DNA of 48,792 bases. Origin: Chiloscyllium plagiosum. Lineage: Eukaryota. The translations under genes and the position numbers were made by a program. The notes under the pieces are model-generated. The model was not told where the DNA came from. It saw only the letters and a program-made list of their open reading frames with translations, and searched no databases. The stretch spans positions 88,987,211 to 89,036,002 of the forward strand of contig NC_057719.1 in assembly GCF_004010195.1 (NCBI RefSeq). The letters are read 5' to 3'. Shown here piece by piece: positions 12,924 through 26,880 of this stretch (its first letter is position 1; the number at the start of each line of letters is the position of its first letter).

Positions 12924-13423
12924 NNNNNNNNNNNNNNNNNNNNNNNNNNNNNNNNNNNNNNNNNNNNNNNNNNNNNNNNNNNNNNNNNNNNNNNNNNNNN
13001 NNNNNNNNNNNNNNNNNNNNNNNNNNNNNNNNNNNNNNNNNNNNNNNNNNNNNNNNNNNNNNNNNNNNNNNNNNNNNNNNNNNNNNNNNNNNNNNNNNNN
13101 NNNNNNNNNNNNNNNNNNNNNNNNNNNNNNNNNNNNNNNNNNNNNNNNNNNNNNNNNNNNNNNNNNNNNNNNNNNNNNNNNNNNNNNNNNNNNNNNNNNN
13201 NNNNNNNNNNNNNNNNNNNNNNNNNNNNNNNNNNNNNNNNNNNNNNNNNNNNNNNNNNNNNNNNNNNNNNNNNNNNNNNNNNNNNNNNNNNNNNNNNNNN
13301 NNNNNNNNNNNNNNNNNNNNNNNNNNNNNNNNNNNNNNNNNNNNNNNNNNNNNNNNNNNNNNNNNNNNNNNNNNNNNNNNNNNNNNNNNNNNNNNNNNNN
13401 NNNNNNNNNNNNNNNNNNNNNNN
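12924..13423. other. Assembly gap (500 N)
   Basis: Run of n. Confidence 1.
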
Positions 13424-13597
13424 CCCTGCCAGTAGCAGTGGTGGACTCTCCCTCTTTATGGGCATTTAAACGGGCATTGGATAGGCATATGGAGGATAGT
13501 GGACTAGTGTAGGTTAGGTAGGCTTGGATCGGCGCAACATCGAGGGCCAAAGGGCCTGTACTGCGCTGTATTTTTTCTATGTTTCTATGTTTCTATG
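13424..13597 (+). mobile_element. CR1/HER1 LINE 3' end abutting the gap
   Basis: Near-identical to 99-252; tttctatg tail repeats. Confidence 0.85.
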
Positions 13598-13882
13598 AAA
13601 TTGTCCATTTATTTACATTACAGTTGAAGCAGAGATGAGACCTACCATGATTATATTAAAGGAGCTGAATTGCCTACTGTTCCAAGTTCTTATGTTCGTA
13701 TCAGGAGTATTTTTATCCAAAATCTTGTGTGGGTTGTGTATCAAGGATTAAAATGAAACAAAGCAAGGAGATTTCCCAACTTCATTTTACTTTCTTTAAA
13801 TAATAGAACAAGGTGTAGCATCAAAGCAAGCAATAAAATTTTAAGAATTCCCTCCTTTACCAAATGTTGTAAATGTGCTTGT

Positions 13883-14193
13883 ATTAGATCCCCTACAGTG
13901 TGGAAATAGGCCATTTGGCCCAACAAGTCCACACCGAACTTCCGAAAAGTAACCCACCCAGACCCATTTCCTTCTGACAAATGCACCTAACATTATGGGC
14001 AGCTTAGTGTGGCCAATTCACCTGGCCTGCTCATCTTTGGTTTGTGGGAGGAAACCAGAACACCCAGACGAAACCTACACAGCCACAGGGATAATGTGCA
14101 AATTCCACATAGAGAATTGTCCGAGGCTCGAATCGAACCTGGGTCCCTGGTGCTGTGAGGCAGCAGTGTTAAACACTGAGCTACCGTGTCACC
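13883..14193 (-). mobile_element. HE1-type SINE
   Basis: Reverse complement of the SINE consensus seen at 4214. Confidence 0.85.
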
Positions 14194-16511
14194 CTGTGGT
14201 GTCTTGCTTTTAAATTATTCTCAATACTTGATTACCATCATGTTTAATTTTTCACTATTTAACCTAAAGCAAATTTTAGGTGGGTCCACCGGTACTGGTG
14301 ACTATAGACATGTGTGTAAAATATTCCTGAGTCTTCAAGGTGTTTACACAGACTGTTGATATTCATTCTTAAGTAAGGAAAGGCCATTTGTTGTCTTTAG
14401 ATTCAGTTCAGATTAATTTGACCTGAACTGCAGATCTGATTCAGATTACCAGCTGTTAAATTACTTCTTGCAATTTTTACCTATTTGGTGTCCATTAATT
14501 CCATTCGGCACAAATGCTAGTGTTTTTGCTTTCCCACTCTATTTCACGAAACACTCAATTCCTTTCTTCAAACTCTCTAAACCACAATCCGTTTGTGCTA
14601 TTTGGGTTACTAGAGATGAGTAACCCCAGCCAACATTGTTGTTAGGAATTAAACTGCACGGATCTGTTCACCTTTTCTTGCCATTTGTTTTTCTCAGTCC
14701 TTTAGTTGCCTTCTTCTTGGGTAATGTTTTTTTGTTAATTTATAGGCTGCATATACACAGTAGGTTGCATATACCCATTCATGGATGAGGTGCCTGTGAA
14801 CTGGAAATGAGGAGACACCTAATAGAACTTGGGTTGGCTTCTTCTCTCTGTGATTTAAGAAATCAACTAAATTGTTAACTTTTCTCTTTTCTTTTGGTGA
14901 AGAAAATCTGAAATTAAAAATGTACTTGGCTAAAAGTCAAGTTCAAACTAAGAAATTATTTCAAATTAGGATTTGAATTGTAGGGAACGAATGACCACTC
15001 CTTCCAAATATTTTAATTACTCGGTGTCCTTTAGCATGGCAGACTGAGCTAAAAAGATTGATATTCAGGCTGGTATATGTCAGTTGTGTTAACCAATATT
15101 CAAATGAGGATTTGTTCATAGCTTGCTTTGGAAGAACAAGGTATGAAATTCTGCTCAGGCCAAATGCAAAAATTGGTATCTAACTACATGGTAGAAATTC
15201 GCATGCTCACATTAATCTGCCTTATAAGCAATGCTGTTTCTACAAATGTACCTTTGTTAATCTTTAATTCCTCCTGTTTGGAGTTATTTTTAATGACATG
15301 AGAGTGTTTTTTTAATTCTCTGGAGGCCTTAAATCGAAAATACATAATCTGTAAATTTTGCACTGAAATAGTCTATTTGCCTTGGCATTGCTTGTTTTTT
15401 TTCCCTCAGATCTAGGTGAATTAATGGGAGACAATATATCATTGGCCCCAATGAATCTGTTACATTGTCTGAATGTCCGTGCTTCATGTTTAGACTTAGC
15501 CTGTAAATGTTAAGGCATTTTTTTTGATCATAGATAGCATTACAGGTGAGCCTGCGCAAGCCCTCCACAAACATGGCTGCCCAAGAGGGCATCTTGTGGC
15601 AAATTGTACCACAGTCATCACAGCATCCGAGAAGAAATAACTGCATCTTTGAGTATGAAAACTAAGTTTTGGTTCAAGTTGTAGTGACTTACTGCACATT
15701 TCATTAGAGCCTTCTGTTTTTCCAGCTGTATGGCCATTCCCAATTTTGTCAACCCCAACTTTCCTTTGCCTGGAACCCTCCAGAAGTCTCCATTTTAATT
15801 CAAAGATTTTCAAAGGTTCTGATGAATTTAAGTAAGTAGTTGCACTTAAATATTTAGACTATTAAATACATAGTTTTACTTCTGCATACTTATTCAAGAC
15901 TTCCCATACTTGTCTCACATGCTCCCAGAAACCTTCCCAGACTCCTTCCCCCTTTTCCCTCAACCCTGGGTCTGGTTCAAATTGACAAAATTAATCTCTG
16001 GGAAGTTACAATGTTTCTACCATTGACAACTTTTGGTGAAAGAGAATTTATTAAGGACAGGAAGAACCACCTTGCTTTTGAAGTGGAATGTAAATTAATA
16101 TCTGGAATCCAATGCCATAGGCATTTATGGAGCAGACGTAGTGGAAAGTGAAAGATATGTTAAACCAATTGGGTTCTCCATTTGATATGAACTTCCATTT
16201 ATATTAATGCTAGCAAATGTTTCAACAAAAGCATTTAACGTTTGAACAGTTCAGACTACAAAATATGAATTATACTGCTGTGCATGGGAATAACTTGTGC
16301 TAATTATCCACAATTCTGCATGTATAGGAACAACATCTGTAGAACAGAATTCTTGACAGTATCTTTTGTATTGCCTCACTGTTGGAAGACCTTGCAAATA
16401 AATGAAGTTCTATCAGCTATCAGAATTTCTCAATAACAGTTCAGCTTTTTTGCACTGCATCCATCCAAACTGAACTCACCACTTACTAACTTATTTGTTA
16501 GGTATCCAATT

Positions 16512-18945
16512 AGAAAGAACAAAGAACATCGGAGTACAGGTCCTTCGGCCCTCAATGTTGCACTGACCTGTGAAACCAATCTGAAGCCCATCTAACCTAC
16601 ACTATTCCATTATCACCCGTATATCTATCTAATGACTATGTAAATGCCTTTAAATTTGGCAAGTCTACTACTGTTGCAGGCAGGGTGTTTCACATCCCTA
16701 CTACTCTCTGACACCTAACCTATAGCTATCATCCCTCAATTTAAAGCTATTTCTCCTTGTGCTAGCCATCACTATCCAAGTGAAAAGCCTCTGACTATCT
16801 ACCCTATTTAACACTTTGATTATCTTATATGTCTCAATCAAGTCATCTCTCAACCTTCTTCTCTCTCACAGCCTCAAGTCTCTCAGCTTTTCCTCATAAG
16901 ATCTTCCGTCCATAGCAACATCCTCATAAATCTCCTCTGAACCCTTTCCAAAGCTTCCACATCCTTACGATAATGTGCTGACCAGAATTGTATGCAATAC
17001 TCAAAGTGCGGCCGCATCAGTGTTTTGTACAGCTGCAATATGACCTCATGGCTCCAAAACTCAATCCCTCTCCCAATAAAAGCTAACACACTGTGTGCCT
17101 TCTTAACAACCCCATCAACCTGCCTGGCAACTTTCAGGGATCGATGTACATTGACACCGAGATCTCTCTGTTCATCTACACTACCACGAATCTTACCATT
17201 AGCCCAGTACTCTGTATTCCTGCTGTTCCTTCCAAACTGAATCACTTTTCCACATTAAACTCCATTTGCCACCTCTCAGCCCAGCTCTGCAGCTCATCTA
17301 TGTCCCTCTGTAACCTGCAGCATCCTTCAGCACTATTCATAACTCCACTGACCTTATTGTCATCCACTAATTTACTAACCCGTCCTTCTATTCCCTCATC
17401 CAGGTTATTTATAAAAATCACTAATAGCATGCCCTAAAACAGAACTTTGCGGTACCCTACTAGTAACTGAACTCCAGGAGGAATATTTTCCATCAGCCAC
17501 CATCCTCTGTCTTCTTTCAGTTATCCAATTTCTGATCCAAACCACAAAATTACCCTCAATCCCAAGCCTCCATATTTTCTGCAATAGCCCACTGTGGGGA
17601 ACCTTATCAAACACCTTACTGAAATCCATATATACCACATCAACCACTTTACCCTAATCCACCTGTTTGAGAACATGACCAAATAACTCAATAAGATTTC
17701 TGAGGTACGGCCTACCCTTCACAAAGCCTTGTTGACTATCCCAAATCAAACTATTTGTTTCTAGATGATTGTAAATCCTTTCTCTTACAACTATTTCCAA
17801 CACTTTACCCAGAACCGAAGTAAAGCTCACTGGTCTATAATTAACAGGGTTGTCTCTACTCCCCTTCTTGAACAAGGGGACAACATTTGCTATCCTCCAG
17901 TCTTCTGGCATTATTCCAGTAGACAATGATGACACACAGATCAAAGCCAAAGACTCTGCAATCTCCTCTGTAGTTTCCCAGAGAATCCTAGAATAAATTC
18001 CATCCGGTTCAGGGGACTTACCTATTTTCACACTTGCCAGAAATCCTAACACCTCCGCCTTGTGAACCTCAATCCCATCTGGTCTAGTAGCCTGTGTCTC
18101 AGTATTCTCCTCAACAACATTGTCTTTTTCCAGTGTGACACAGGCTACTAGACCAGATGGGATTGAGGTTCACAAGGCGGAGGTGTTAGCAATTCTGGAA
18201 AGCGTGAAAATATTCATTTAGCACTTCCCCTATATCCTCAGACTCCACACACAACTTCCCAATTCTGTCCTTGATTGGCCCTAATCTTACTCCAGCCATC
18301 CTTTTCTCCCTGATATACTTATAGAAAGTATTCCTTGATCTTACATGCCATTGACTTCTCACGTCCCTTCCTGGCAGTTTTAGCTCTCTCTTTAGGTCTT
18401 CCTTGGCTAACTTGTAACTCTCAAGTGCCCTAACTGAGCCTTTATGTCTCATCCTTACATAAGTCTTTTTCCTCTTGACAAGAGATTCAACTCCTTTAGG
18501 AAACCACAGCTATCTCACTCAAACACATCCTCCCTGCCTGACAGGGACATTCTGATCAAGGAAACATTTCATTCAAGCCCATCCCCAGCAGTTTCCTTCC
18601 CCATGCTATGCATCCTAAATCTTGCCTTGCATCATAATTGCCTTTCTCCCAGCTATAACTCTTGCCCCGCAAGATATATACCTATCCCTTTCCATTGCTA
18701 AAGTAAGCATAACCGAATTGTGGTCACTATCACTGAAGTGCTCACCTACATCCAAATCTAGCATCTGGCAGGGTTCATTGCCTAGTACCAAATCCAATGT
18801 GGCCTTGTCCCTTGTTGGCCTATTTACATCCTGTGTCAGGAAACCCTCCTTCACACATTGGACAAAAACTTACCCTCTAAAGTACTCAAACTATAGTATT
18901 TCCAATCAATATTTGGAAAATTAAAGACCCCATAACAACTGCCTT
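16512..18945 (-). mobile_element. CR1 LINE ORF2 (endonuclease remnant to RT), decayed
   Basis: LDLVLGNE..SDSDHN, PEDWRIANVVPLFKKG, YMDFSKVFDKVPH, VRP/EYCIQFWS motifs. Confidence 0.92.
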
Positions 18946-19449
18946 GTTAATTCATGGAATGTTAAACAGATGTGAAAGTAACATGGTGTTTTTAAAAATG
19001 CCTTCCGTAGCAATCACCATACAGACTTACACTATTCAGCTGAAAGTAGGTAAGTTATAATTGAGAGTAACTCTATTCACAGCAGAATAGTATTTCTTTT
19101 AGTTTGATTCTAGACTTTGTCACTTAATTTGTACCTTAATTCCACTGCATTAGTCAGGGGAAATGTGGAGTAATAGGGTGGGGAAGTAGGTGTAGGTGGG
19201 ATACTCTTTGACAGAACATTGTGGACTTGTAGGGCCAATGGTCTGGTTCCACACTGTCAGGATTCTATGATCTCTGATCTTAATATTTGCATCTTGTTTA
19301 CATGAAAGTTATATGAAAGTGTCAAGTAAGCTTTCACCAACATGGCTTCAGCTGTGGGTTTAGTTAAAACTATAATCACTATTGTTTTCTAAAATTTACA
19401 ACAAAAGAAGACTTCAAAATTTGTTGGGTCTCAACCTGTTGTTTGTAGT

Positions 19450-19541
19450 TGAGAGTATCTTGCTGGAAAAGCACAGCAGGTCAGGCAGCATCCGAGGACC
19501 AGGAAAATCGACATTTCGGGCCTAAGCCCTTCATCAGGAAT
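19450..19541 (-). mobile_element. Penelope-like terminus with intact minimal hammerhead core
   Basis: Minus strand CTGATGA-A-GGGC-TTAG-GCCC-GAAA. Confidence 0.7.
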
Positions 19542-20399
19542 GAATGATGTTGTTTGTAGTGTGCTAGTGTCGTGCCTGATCTTCAGTTGGCAGGACAGCT
19601 CAATAAACTGGTGTATTAGATACTGTTGGATGCAGCTGTCACTCTGAAATAGTGTCAATCAGAAATTTGATCAACACATGTTAGACCTCATCTTCCTTGG
19701 AGTACAAACCATCACCTGCCAAGGTACACTAGGAGCAACAGAACTGGGAGAAACTGAGGAAAATTAATTGTTGGACATAACACTCGATCTGTTTCCCTGA
19801 ATCATGTGTGATTTCCTCTTTCAGTTGACTCTCTTCTCCAGAACTTGTTTTCAAGATCAGTTTGAAAGTAGACTGGAATTGAACATTTGTTGCTTTCATG
19901 GCAATGCAATATTTGTCTGAAGATTATGCTTTTGTTCAGTCATGCTTTTTTGTACTTGTGTGTTTTAAAGTTCTTAAAATGTCAATTTAGTTGAATACAC
20001 TTTGTAAACTTTTCTGTTACTTGGAGCAACTTTTTAAAATATATTTCCTGTGATTATAGACTATTCATGGTTCTGACAGAGTTGAGAACCAGATCCTAAG
20101 CTGAGATTTTCCAGCATTTTCTCTTTTGGTTTCAAATTCCAGCATCCGCAGTAATTTGTTTTTATTTAGATCGTAAGCTATTCTGGCAAAGTTGAGAGGT
20201 TCACATTTGTTATCAAAGCTCAAATTAATCTTTTTAAAGAGTACTACAATTCCTTCTTATTCCGTCATGCTCCACCCCTCTCCCTGCCCAATCCCAAAGA
20301 CAAATTGGATTCCATTTGAGCACCTGTGGACATGAAAGGTGACTGAATTAAATATGGGAGTGATTGTTGCTGTTTGAATTGTGAAGTTTTTTGTTGGAG

Positions 20400-21840
20400 T
20401 CATGGAGTCATAGTGTCCTAAGCATGGAGACAGGCCGTTTGGCCAAACTGGTCCATGGTATGGATTAGAGATGTGCTGGAAAAGCACAGCAGGTCAGGCA
20501 GCATCCAAGGAGCAGGAAAATCGACATTTCAGGCAAAGCCCTTCATCAGAAATAGAGCTCTATTCCTAACTCCAAGGTCCCTTTGTTCTACTACACTCCT
20601 TAAGGCCGTACCATTCACCATAAAACTCCTACCTTGATTTAATTTCCAAAATGCAACATCTCACACTTATCGCTATTAACCTCCATTTACCATTTCTTAG
20701 CCCATTTACCTAGCTGATCAAAATCCTGCTGCAATTCGTGATAACCATCCTAATTGTCCACAAGGCCACCAATTTTAGTGTCATCAGCAAACTTGTTAAT
20801 CATGCCTTATACATTCTCAACAATGTCATTGATATAGATAACAAATAGCAATGGGCCAAGCACTGACCCCTGAGGTGCTACATTAGTTACAGTCTGACAA
20901 GCATCCTTCCACTATTACCCTCTACTTCCTACCACCAAGCCCATTGTGTATCCAAATTGCCAGCTCCCCCTCGATTCCATATGATCCAACCTTCCATAGT
21001 CACGTACCTTGTGGAATCTGATCAAAGGCCTTACTGAAATCCATATAGATGATGTCAACCACTTTACCCTTGTCAACCTTCCTGGACACTTCCCCAAAAA
21101 GTTCTAACCAATTTGTGAGGCATGATCTCCCGTGCACAAAGCTGTGCTGACTGCTTCTAATCAAACCCTGTGTTTCCAAATGCATGTATATCTTAGCTCT
21201 CAGAATCTTCTCAAGTAACATGCCTACCACGGATGTGAGGCTTACTTGTCGACATTTTCCACATTTTTCTTTGCAGTCCTTCTTGAATAAGGGCACAATA
21301 TTCACTCCAGTCTTCCATGACATCATCCATTACTAATGATGATGCAAAAGCATCAGCTGGGGACCCCACAATTTGATCTCTCGCCTCTGGCAGTGTTCTT
21401 GAATATATCTGGTCAGGACCAGGAGATTTATCCACCTTCATGCATTCTAATATACCCAACACCTCCTCTCCTGTGATATGGAATGTCTCCCTGCAAGATA
21501 TGACCACTGACTTCCCCAAGTTCCCAAGTCTTTATGTCTTTCTCCACGGTAAACATGGAAGAGAAATATTCATTGATGATCTCGCCTATCTCCACAAACA
21601 TGTCCACTTTGGTCCTTGAGGGTTCTATTCTCTCTCTCGTCATTCTTTTTCCATTAATATACTTAAAGAATCTCTTTGGATTCAACCTAATTCTCTGAGC
21701 CTCCTTTTCGCTGTCTTGATTTCCTACTCCAGTAAACTCTTGTATCTCCTATATATTCTTGATTTCTGCTGCCTGTACCTGAGCCATGTTTCCTTCTTTT
21801 TTCTGGTCAAAACCTCAATATTTCTTGTCATCCAGGGTTC
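20400..21840 (-). mobile_element. CR1 LINE ORF2 fragment with a Penelope-like terminus at ~20465-20550
   Basis: KVDKSPGPDQIY, GRSCLTNWLELF, IYMDFSKAFD. Confidence 0.88.
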
Positions 21841-22482
21841 TTCCATCAGAGTTACAGGGATAGGAGAGGGGAGGGGTGTCTGGAAGGGATGCTCCTAGAG
21901 TTGGTGTGGATACAATAGGCTGAATGGCCTGTTTCCAAAATGTAGGGATTCTGTGATTCTACTTTATGATGAATCACGGATAGCAAGCAATTCCTGTAAA
22001 GTTATATAGATACGTCCTTCTGCCCGCATCCCAGAAGAGTACAGTGAACACCATTTGAGACTATAGCAGTTGCATTACAGCCTCTCTATTATCTACATTA
22101 TTCCGAGGGCTTTAGAATTTGCTTCAAAAATATTGCATTGGGAGAGGATATCAAAGACTCTTCAATGGAAAATTGTTTGTGTTTTGTTGTTGAAGTTTCC
22201 AATCTCTGAAAATGAGTATATCCGAAAATTGGATTTTCCATTTCTCTCTTTCACCGTGATCACTAGTTATCCTGTCATTCAAACCTATGAAAGGATTTCA
22301 AACTCAAACCACTATCTATTGCAGTCATCCATCTGCAGTATGACCAGTTTAACAGAAGCAGTTAAATACAGACTCCAATACTGATCCAGAGTCTGCCGCC
22401 ATTCCGATAGCTGGCACACAATTGCAGATGGAGGCAAATACTAATTTAAATGATGAAATTTAACTTGTCTGACCAATTGCAG

Positions 22483-22560
22483 GCCTGGTGAACTTGACAG
22501 TCCAAACTATAATGGAGATGCAAAATTGTGCTTATCCAAATATAAGGTGATCATGAGAAA
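22483..22560 (+). CDS. Putative 78-nt phase-2 repeat exon (PGELDSPNYNGDAKLCLSKYKVIMR)
   Basis: ttgcAG acceptor, GTaagt donor, open only in the shared frame. Confidence 0.45.
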
Positions 22561-23104
22561 GTAAGTTTGAATAAATGATGTGACAAAGATTTTGCTTCGT
22601 TCAGAGTACAAGAAAGTGAAAGGAAATTACTGCTGAACTGGTAGTTACTGTTAGATAACACAGGGACTCCTCATGAAAACATCACACAGCAGTGCAGTGA
22701 CCACAATTCCAGACCAAAGCAATCACACACTGCCTCTCGATTATTTGCATTATTCCTTGGGGTTCAGAGTTTCCTTCAAAAAAATTGCATTAGGTTATGA
22801 CATCGAATGGAAAGTATTGAAACTGTTAGAAGATTAGAAAGTATTGAAGCTTGGAGCTATTTGTCTGTGACCTTTTCTAAACTCTGAATGCGAATATATT
22901 CAAGAAATGCATTTCCCCTTTCACCCTTATCACTTCCTACAGTGTCCTTCAAACCTCTGAAAGGGTTTGAAGAAAAAAAATCACCGACTATTACAGTCAT
23001 CCTTCTGAAGTGTGACCAGTTTAACAAAAGCAGCTGACCAAGGATTGAAATACTGAATCCAGAGTCTTCTGCCATTTAAACAGCTGACAGACCATAAGAT
23101 ATGG

Positions 23105-23430
23105 TGGGCAGCACGGTGGCTTAGTGTGGGCGGCACAGTGGCTCAGCGGTTAGCATTGCTGCCTAACAGCACCAGGGTCCCAGGTTAGATTCCGGCCTCA
23201 GGTGACTGTTTGTGTGGAGTTTGCACATTCTCCCTGCGTCTGCGTGGGTTTGCTCTGGTTTCCTCCCACAGTCCAAAGATGTGCAGGCTAGGTGAATTGG
23301 CCATGCTAAATTGCCCATAGTGTTAGGTGCATTGGTTAGAGTGCAATGGGTCTGGGTGGGTTACTCTTCAGAGGGTCGGTGTGGACTGGTTGGGCCGAAG
23401 GGCCTGTTTCTACACAGTAGGGAATCTAAT
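23105..23430 (+). mobile_element. HE1-type SINE with duplicated 5' start
   Basis: A/B boxes, tail, flanking atatgg duplication. Confidence 0.88.
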
Positions 23431-24135
23431 ATGGAAGTGCAACTTTATACTATTCAGCCAATTACGTCTACTTCATTGTGGATCATGGCTGATTTATTTG
23501 GCATCTCCATTCTGCCTTCTCCCCATCAATCTTGATTTTCTTACTAATCAATGATTTCTGTCTTGTATGCACTCAATGATTTGGCTTCCGCAGTCTTCTG
23601 CAGCAATGCATTCCACAGGCTCACCCACCTCTGGCCAAATAAATTCTTCCTTATCTCAGTTTGAAACTGTGATCCCTTCACTCTGAGGGTGTGCCCTTAT
23701 GTTCTAATCTCTCTGACTAGTAGAAACACCTCCATATCCACTCCATCCAGGCCTCTCAGTATTCTGTAAATTTTGCTCCAAATTACCCCCTCATCCTCCT
23801 GACATCAACCAGAGTACAGATGTAGATGCATTGAAATGCAAATTTATGACTACGTTTATCTTTTGTGACCAATTGCAGATATAGAAGTGCTGACAAACTA
23901 AACCCCTTTATCTATGCCCCTTATCATTAGCAAGTGTCCTTCAAATCTATGAAAGATTTTGAAGACACAAATTTCCATCATTTGGAACCCTATGTCTAGA
24001 GTGAGTTCTGTTTAATCTCCCAGTTTGCTTAAACGTTAAAATACTGAATCACGGTCTCCAGAATCTTCTCACCGTTGACAGACATTGTGGATGAAAACGC
24101 TTGTTTAAAATATCTTTCTTCATGACTAATGGCAG

Positions 24136-24213
24136 CTGCTGTAACTGTGATAGTTCAAGCTGTCAACAAGGGTGAAAACCAATATCTTCCGGAATAATTG
24201 CAGTCATCAGAAA
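24136..24213 (+). pseudogene. 78-nt repeat exon copy with in-frame TGA
   Basis: ggcAG / GTtact; CCNCDSSSCQQG*KPISSGIIAVIR. Confidence 0.45.
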
Positions 24214-25056
24214 GTTACTTTGCTACATATGTGCATATGGAAGTTTTTTTTACATGTGACATTGCAGAAGTAAATTTGTGAATCTCGCTGCCTTGAACCT
24301 GGAGCCAGTCCTGCTGTGATTGTTGGCAGCACCAAACACGGCTTGGTGCTGATGGTGGCTAATCAAGAAGCTGCTGTAAGCTCAATATCCCATGAATGAA
24401 TTGGCCTGATCCTAAGAGTTGACAGTGAAATCAGAGTGATGACAGAACAGCAACCTTTTCAAGCTGCCATTTGTGATTGCTATTGCTGAGCCTAAAAGTG
24501 TCTTGCTGGCATGATATCCGTTGTGAATATTGAAGAGTTCTGGCAGTCCTAGTCACATGACACACAGGCACCAGCGACCCTCAGTTGGCTGTCCAGTGGG
24601 TGGTCAAGCCAGCTAGCTTGCCCACCTCTGACAATATAATGTAATTATGGAGAAGGACGTCAGGCTTTACACCTGGGCTCCTCTCAACTTTGCTAATTAT
24701 CTCCTGTCCCAGGCTACAGCTAGCTGAATGGGAAAATTCAGCCCTGTATGTAGACACTGTTTCTAGAGCTCTTCAGAAACTGCAAGTGACTATACAGCAA
24801 GTGTAAAGTATTGAGGAAATGGGTTTGTCATATTCTTTTCTCTTTCTTTGTTTCCACGCTCCAGCCTCACTCTCCTTTCCTGCAACCATCACTGAAGGTT
24901 TTCAGAAATAAATCACCATTTACAGTAAACATATATCTTGTGTGTGAACAATTTTCATTAATTAGCTGTCAATGACTTAATTTCTTTCAAGTTCATAACA
25001 ATGTTTTTATTGTAGATGTGGATAATTGTGTAAAATGACCTTATGACCATTTACAG

Positions 25057-25134
25057 CTCTGAAAACATTAACAATCAAAACAGTTGCAAAAATAGAGATC
25101 TGGGTTTTCCAGAAACTAAGGTGGTCATCAAAAA
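25057..25134 (+). CDS. Putative 78-nt repeat exon (SENINNQNSCKNRDLGFPETKVVIK)
   Basis: ttacAG / GTaatt, open frame. Confidence 0.45.
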
Positions 25135-25374
25135 GTAATTTTGATACAATATGTGACCTAGGTTTTGCTTCATTCAGAGTTAAGAATGTGAAAAGCAATT
25201 GCCTTTGAACTGCAGTTAGTGTAAGATAATGTAAGGATTACTCATGAAGGCAGATAATGTAAGGATTACTCAGCAGCACATTGAACACCATTCCAGACCA
25301 TAGCAATCACATTCTAATATTTGCTCCATTCCAAAGGTTTGAGAATTTTCTTGCAAAAAATTAGTATTAGGATA

Positions 25375-25702
25375 GAATGGTGGTTAACACTGCTGCCTCA
25401 CATCACCAGGGACCCGTATTCAGTTCTACCTTTGGGTAACTGTCTGTATGGTGTTTGCACATTCTTCCCGTGTCTATGTGAGTTTCCTCCAGGTGCTCTG
25501 GTTTCCTCCCACAATCCAAAACATGTGCAAGTTAGGGGGATTGGCCATATTAAATTGCCATAGTGTGCAGGTAAGTTCAGGCGGGGTGGATTAACAATGT
25601 TAAAAGCAGGGTTATAGAGTAGGGGGTTTGTTTGGGTGGGCTGCTCTTCAGACAATTCAGTGTGAATGCAATGGGCCGAATGGCCTGCTTCCATGCTGTA
25701 AG
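25375..25702 (+). mobile_element. HE1-type SINE, older copy
   Basis: Diverged match to the SINE consensus. Confidence 0.8.
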
Positions 25703-26308
25703 GTTTCCGGAAAAAAATGCTTAAATGAAAAATTGTTCATCTTTTGGTATTGACATTTGGAGTTATCTGTGATGTTTCTAGACTCTGAATATGAATATAT
25801 TCAAGAAATAAATTTCCCTTCACCCCCTTTTACCCTCATCCCCAGTTACAGTGTCCTTTAAACCGACAAAAGGTTTTGAAGTAAATACCACTATCAAATG
25901 CCCTCCATTTGGAATGTGACCAGTTGAACAAAAACTGCTGACCAGGAACTGAAATACTAAATCCAGACTCCTCAGCCATTCAAACAGCTGACAGACCATA
26001 AGATTGTAGAGGAGGAATTAAGCCATTTAGCCCTTAGGACTTCCGCTCAGTTCTCAATGATGACCCCTTCACTCTGAAGCTGTGCCTGGGGTTCTAATGT
26101 CTCCTACTAGTGGAAGCATCTTTGCTATGTTCACTCTATCCAGACTTGTCAGTATTCTGTAAGTTTCAATCAGATTCTCCCTTTATCCTTCTAAATTCAA
26201 TCGAGTACAGACCCATAGTCCTCAACCGCTCCTCATAGGAATCCCAAATGTAGATAAATTGAAATGGTCATTTGGATGACTTGCCTTAACTTTCATGACC
26301 AGTTACGT

Positions 26309-26386
26309 GTGTGGAAACACTGACAGTCCAAACTACAATGGACTTGGAAATCATAGTACTTCAGGAAGAATTGAAGTAATTATAAA
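26309..26386 (+). pseudogene. 78-nt repeat exon copy, acceptor mutated (CGNTDSPNYNGLGNHSTSGRIEVII)
   Basis: ttacGT in place of ttacAG; GTgagt donor; frame open. Confidence 0.45.
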
Positions 26387-26429
26387 GTGAGTTTGATCTG
26401 AAGTACAATTTCACTCTTCATTAATATTG

Positions 26430-26880
26430 TAGAGATAAACAGCACAGAAACAGACCGGTTAGTTCAACTCATCTGCGCCAGCCAGACATTTGACCTAATG
26501 TTATTTGGTAATATTTGGTCCATATCACTTTAAAATCTGCCTGTTCATGTACCTATCCCCAATGCCTTTTAAATATTGGACTTGTAGTTGTCTCCACCAC
26601 CGCCTGTGGCAGCTTGTTCCATACACACACCACCTGCTGCATGAAAAAAGTTGTCCCTGTGGTCCTTTTTAAATCTTTCCCCTGTCTACTTAAACCTACG
26701 TCACGTAGTTTTTGACTCCCTTATCTTGGGAAAAAGACCTTGGCTATTCACCCTATCCATGCCCCTCATCATTTTATAAACCTCGCTAAGGTCACCCTCT
26801 CAGCTTCCAATATTCCAAGGGAAAAACCCTGTTCAGCCTCTCCCTATAACTAAAACCCAGCAACATCCTTGTAAATCTTG
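26430..26880 (-). mobile_element. CR1 LINE 3' fragment
   Basis: Homologous to 28950-29420. Confidence 0.8.

Noticed and set aside
12870..13550. Long ORFs spanning 12.9-13.5 kb
   Set aside because: Artefacts of the 500-N gap
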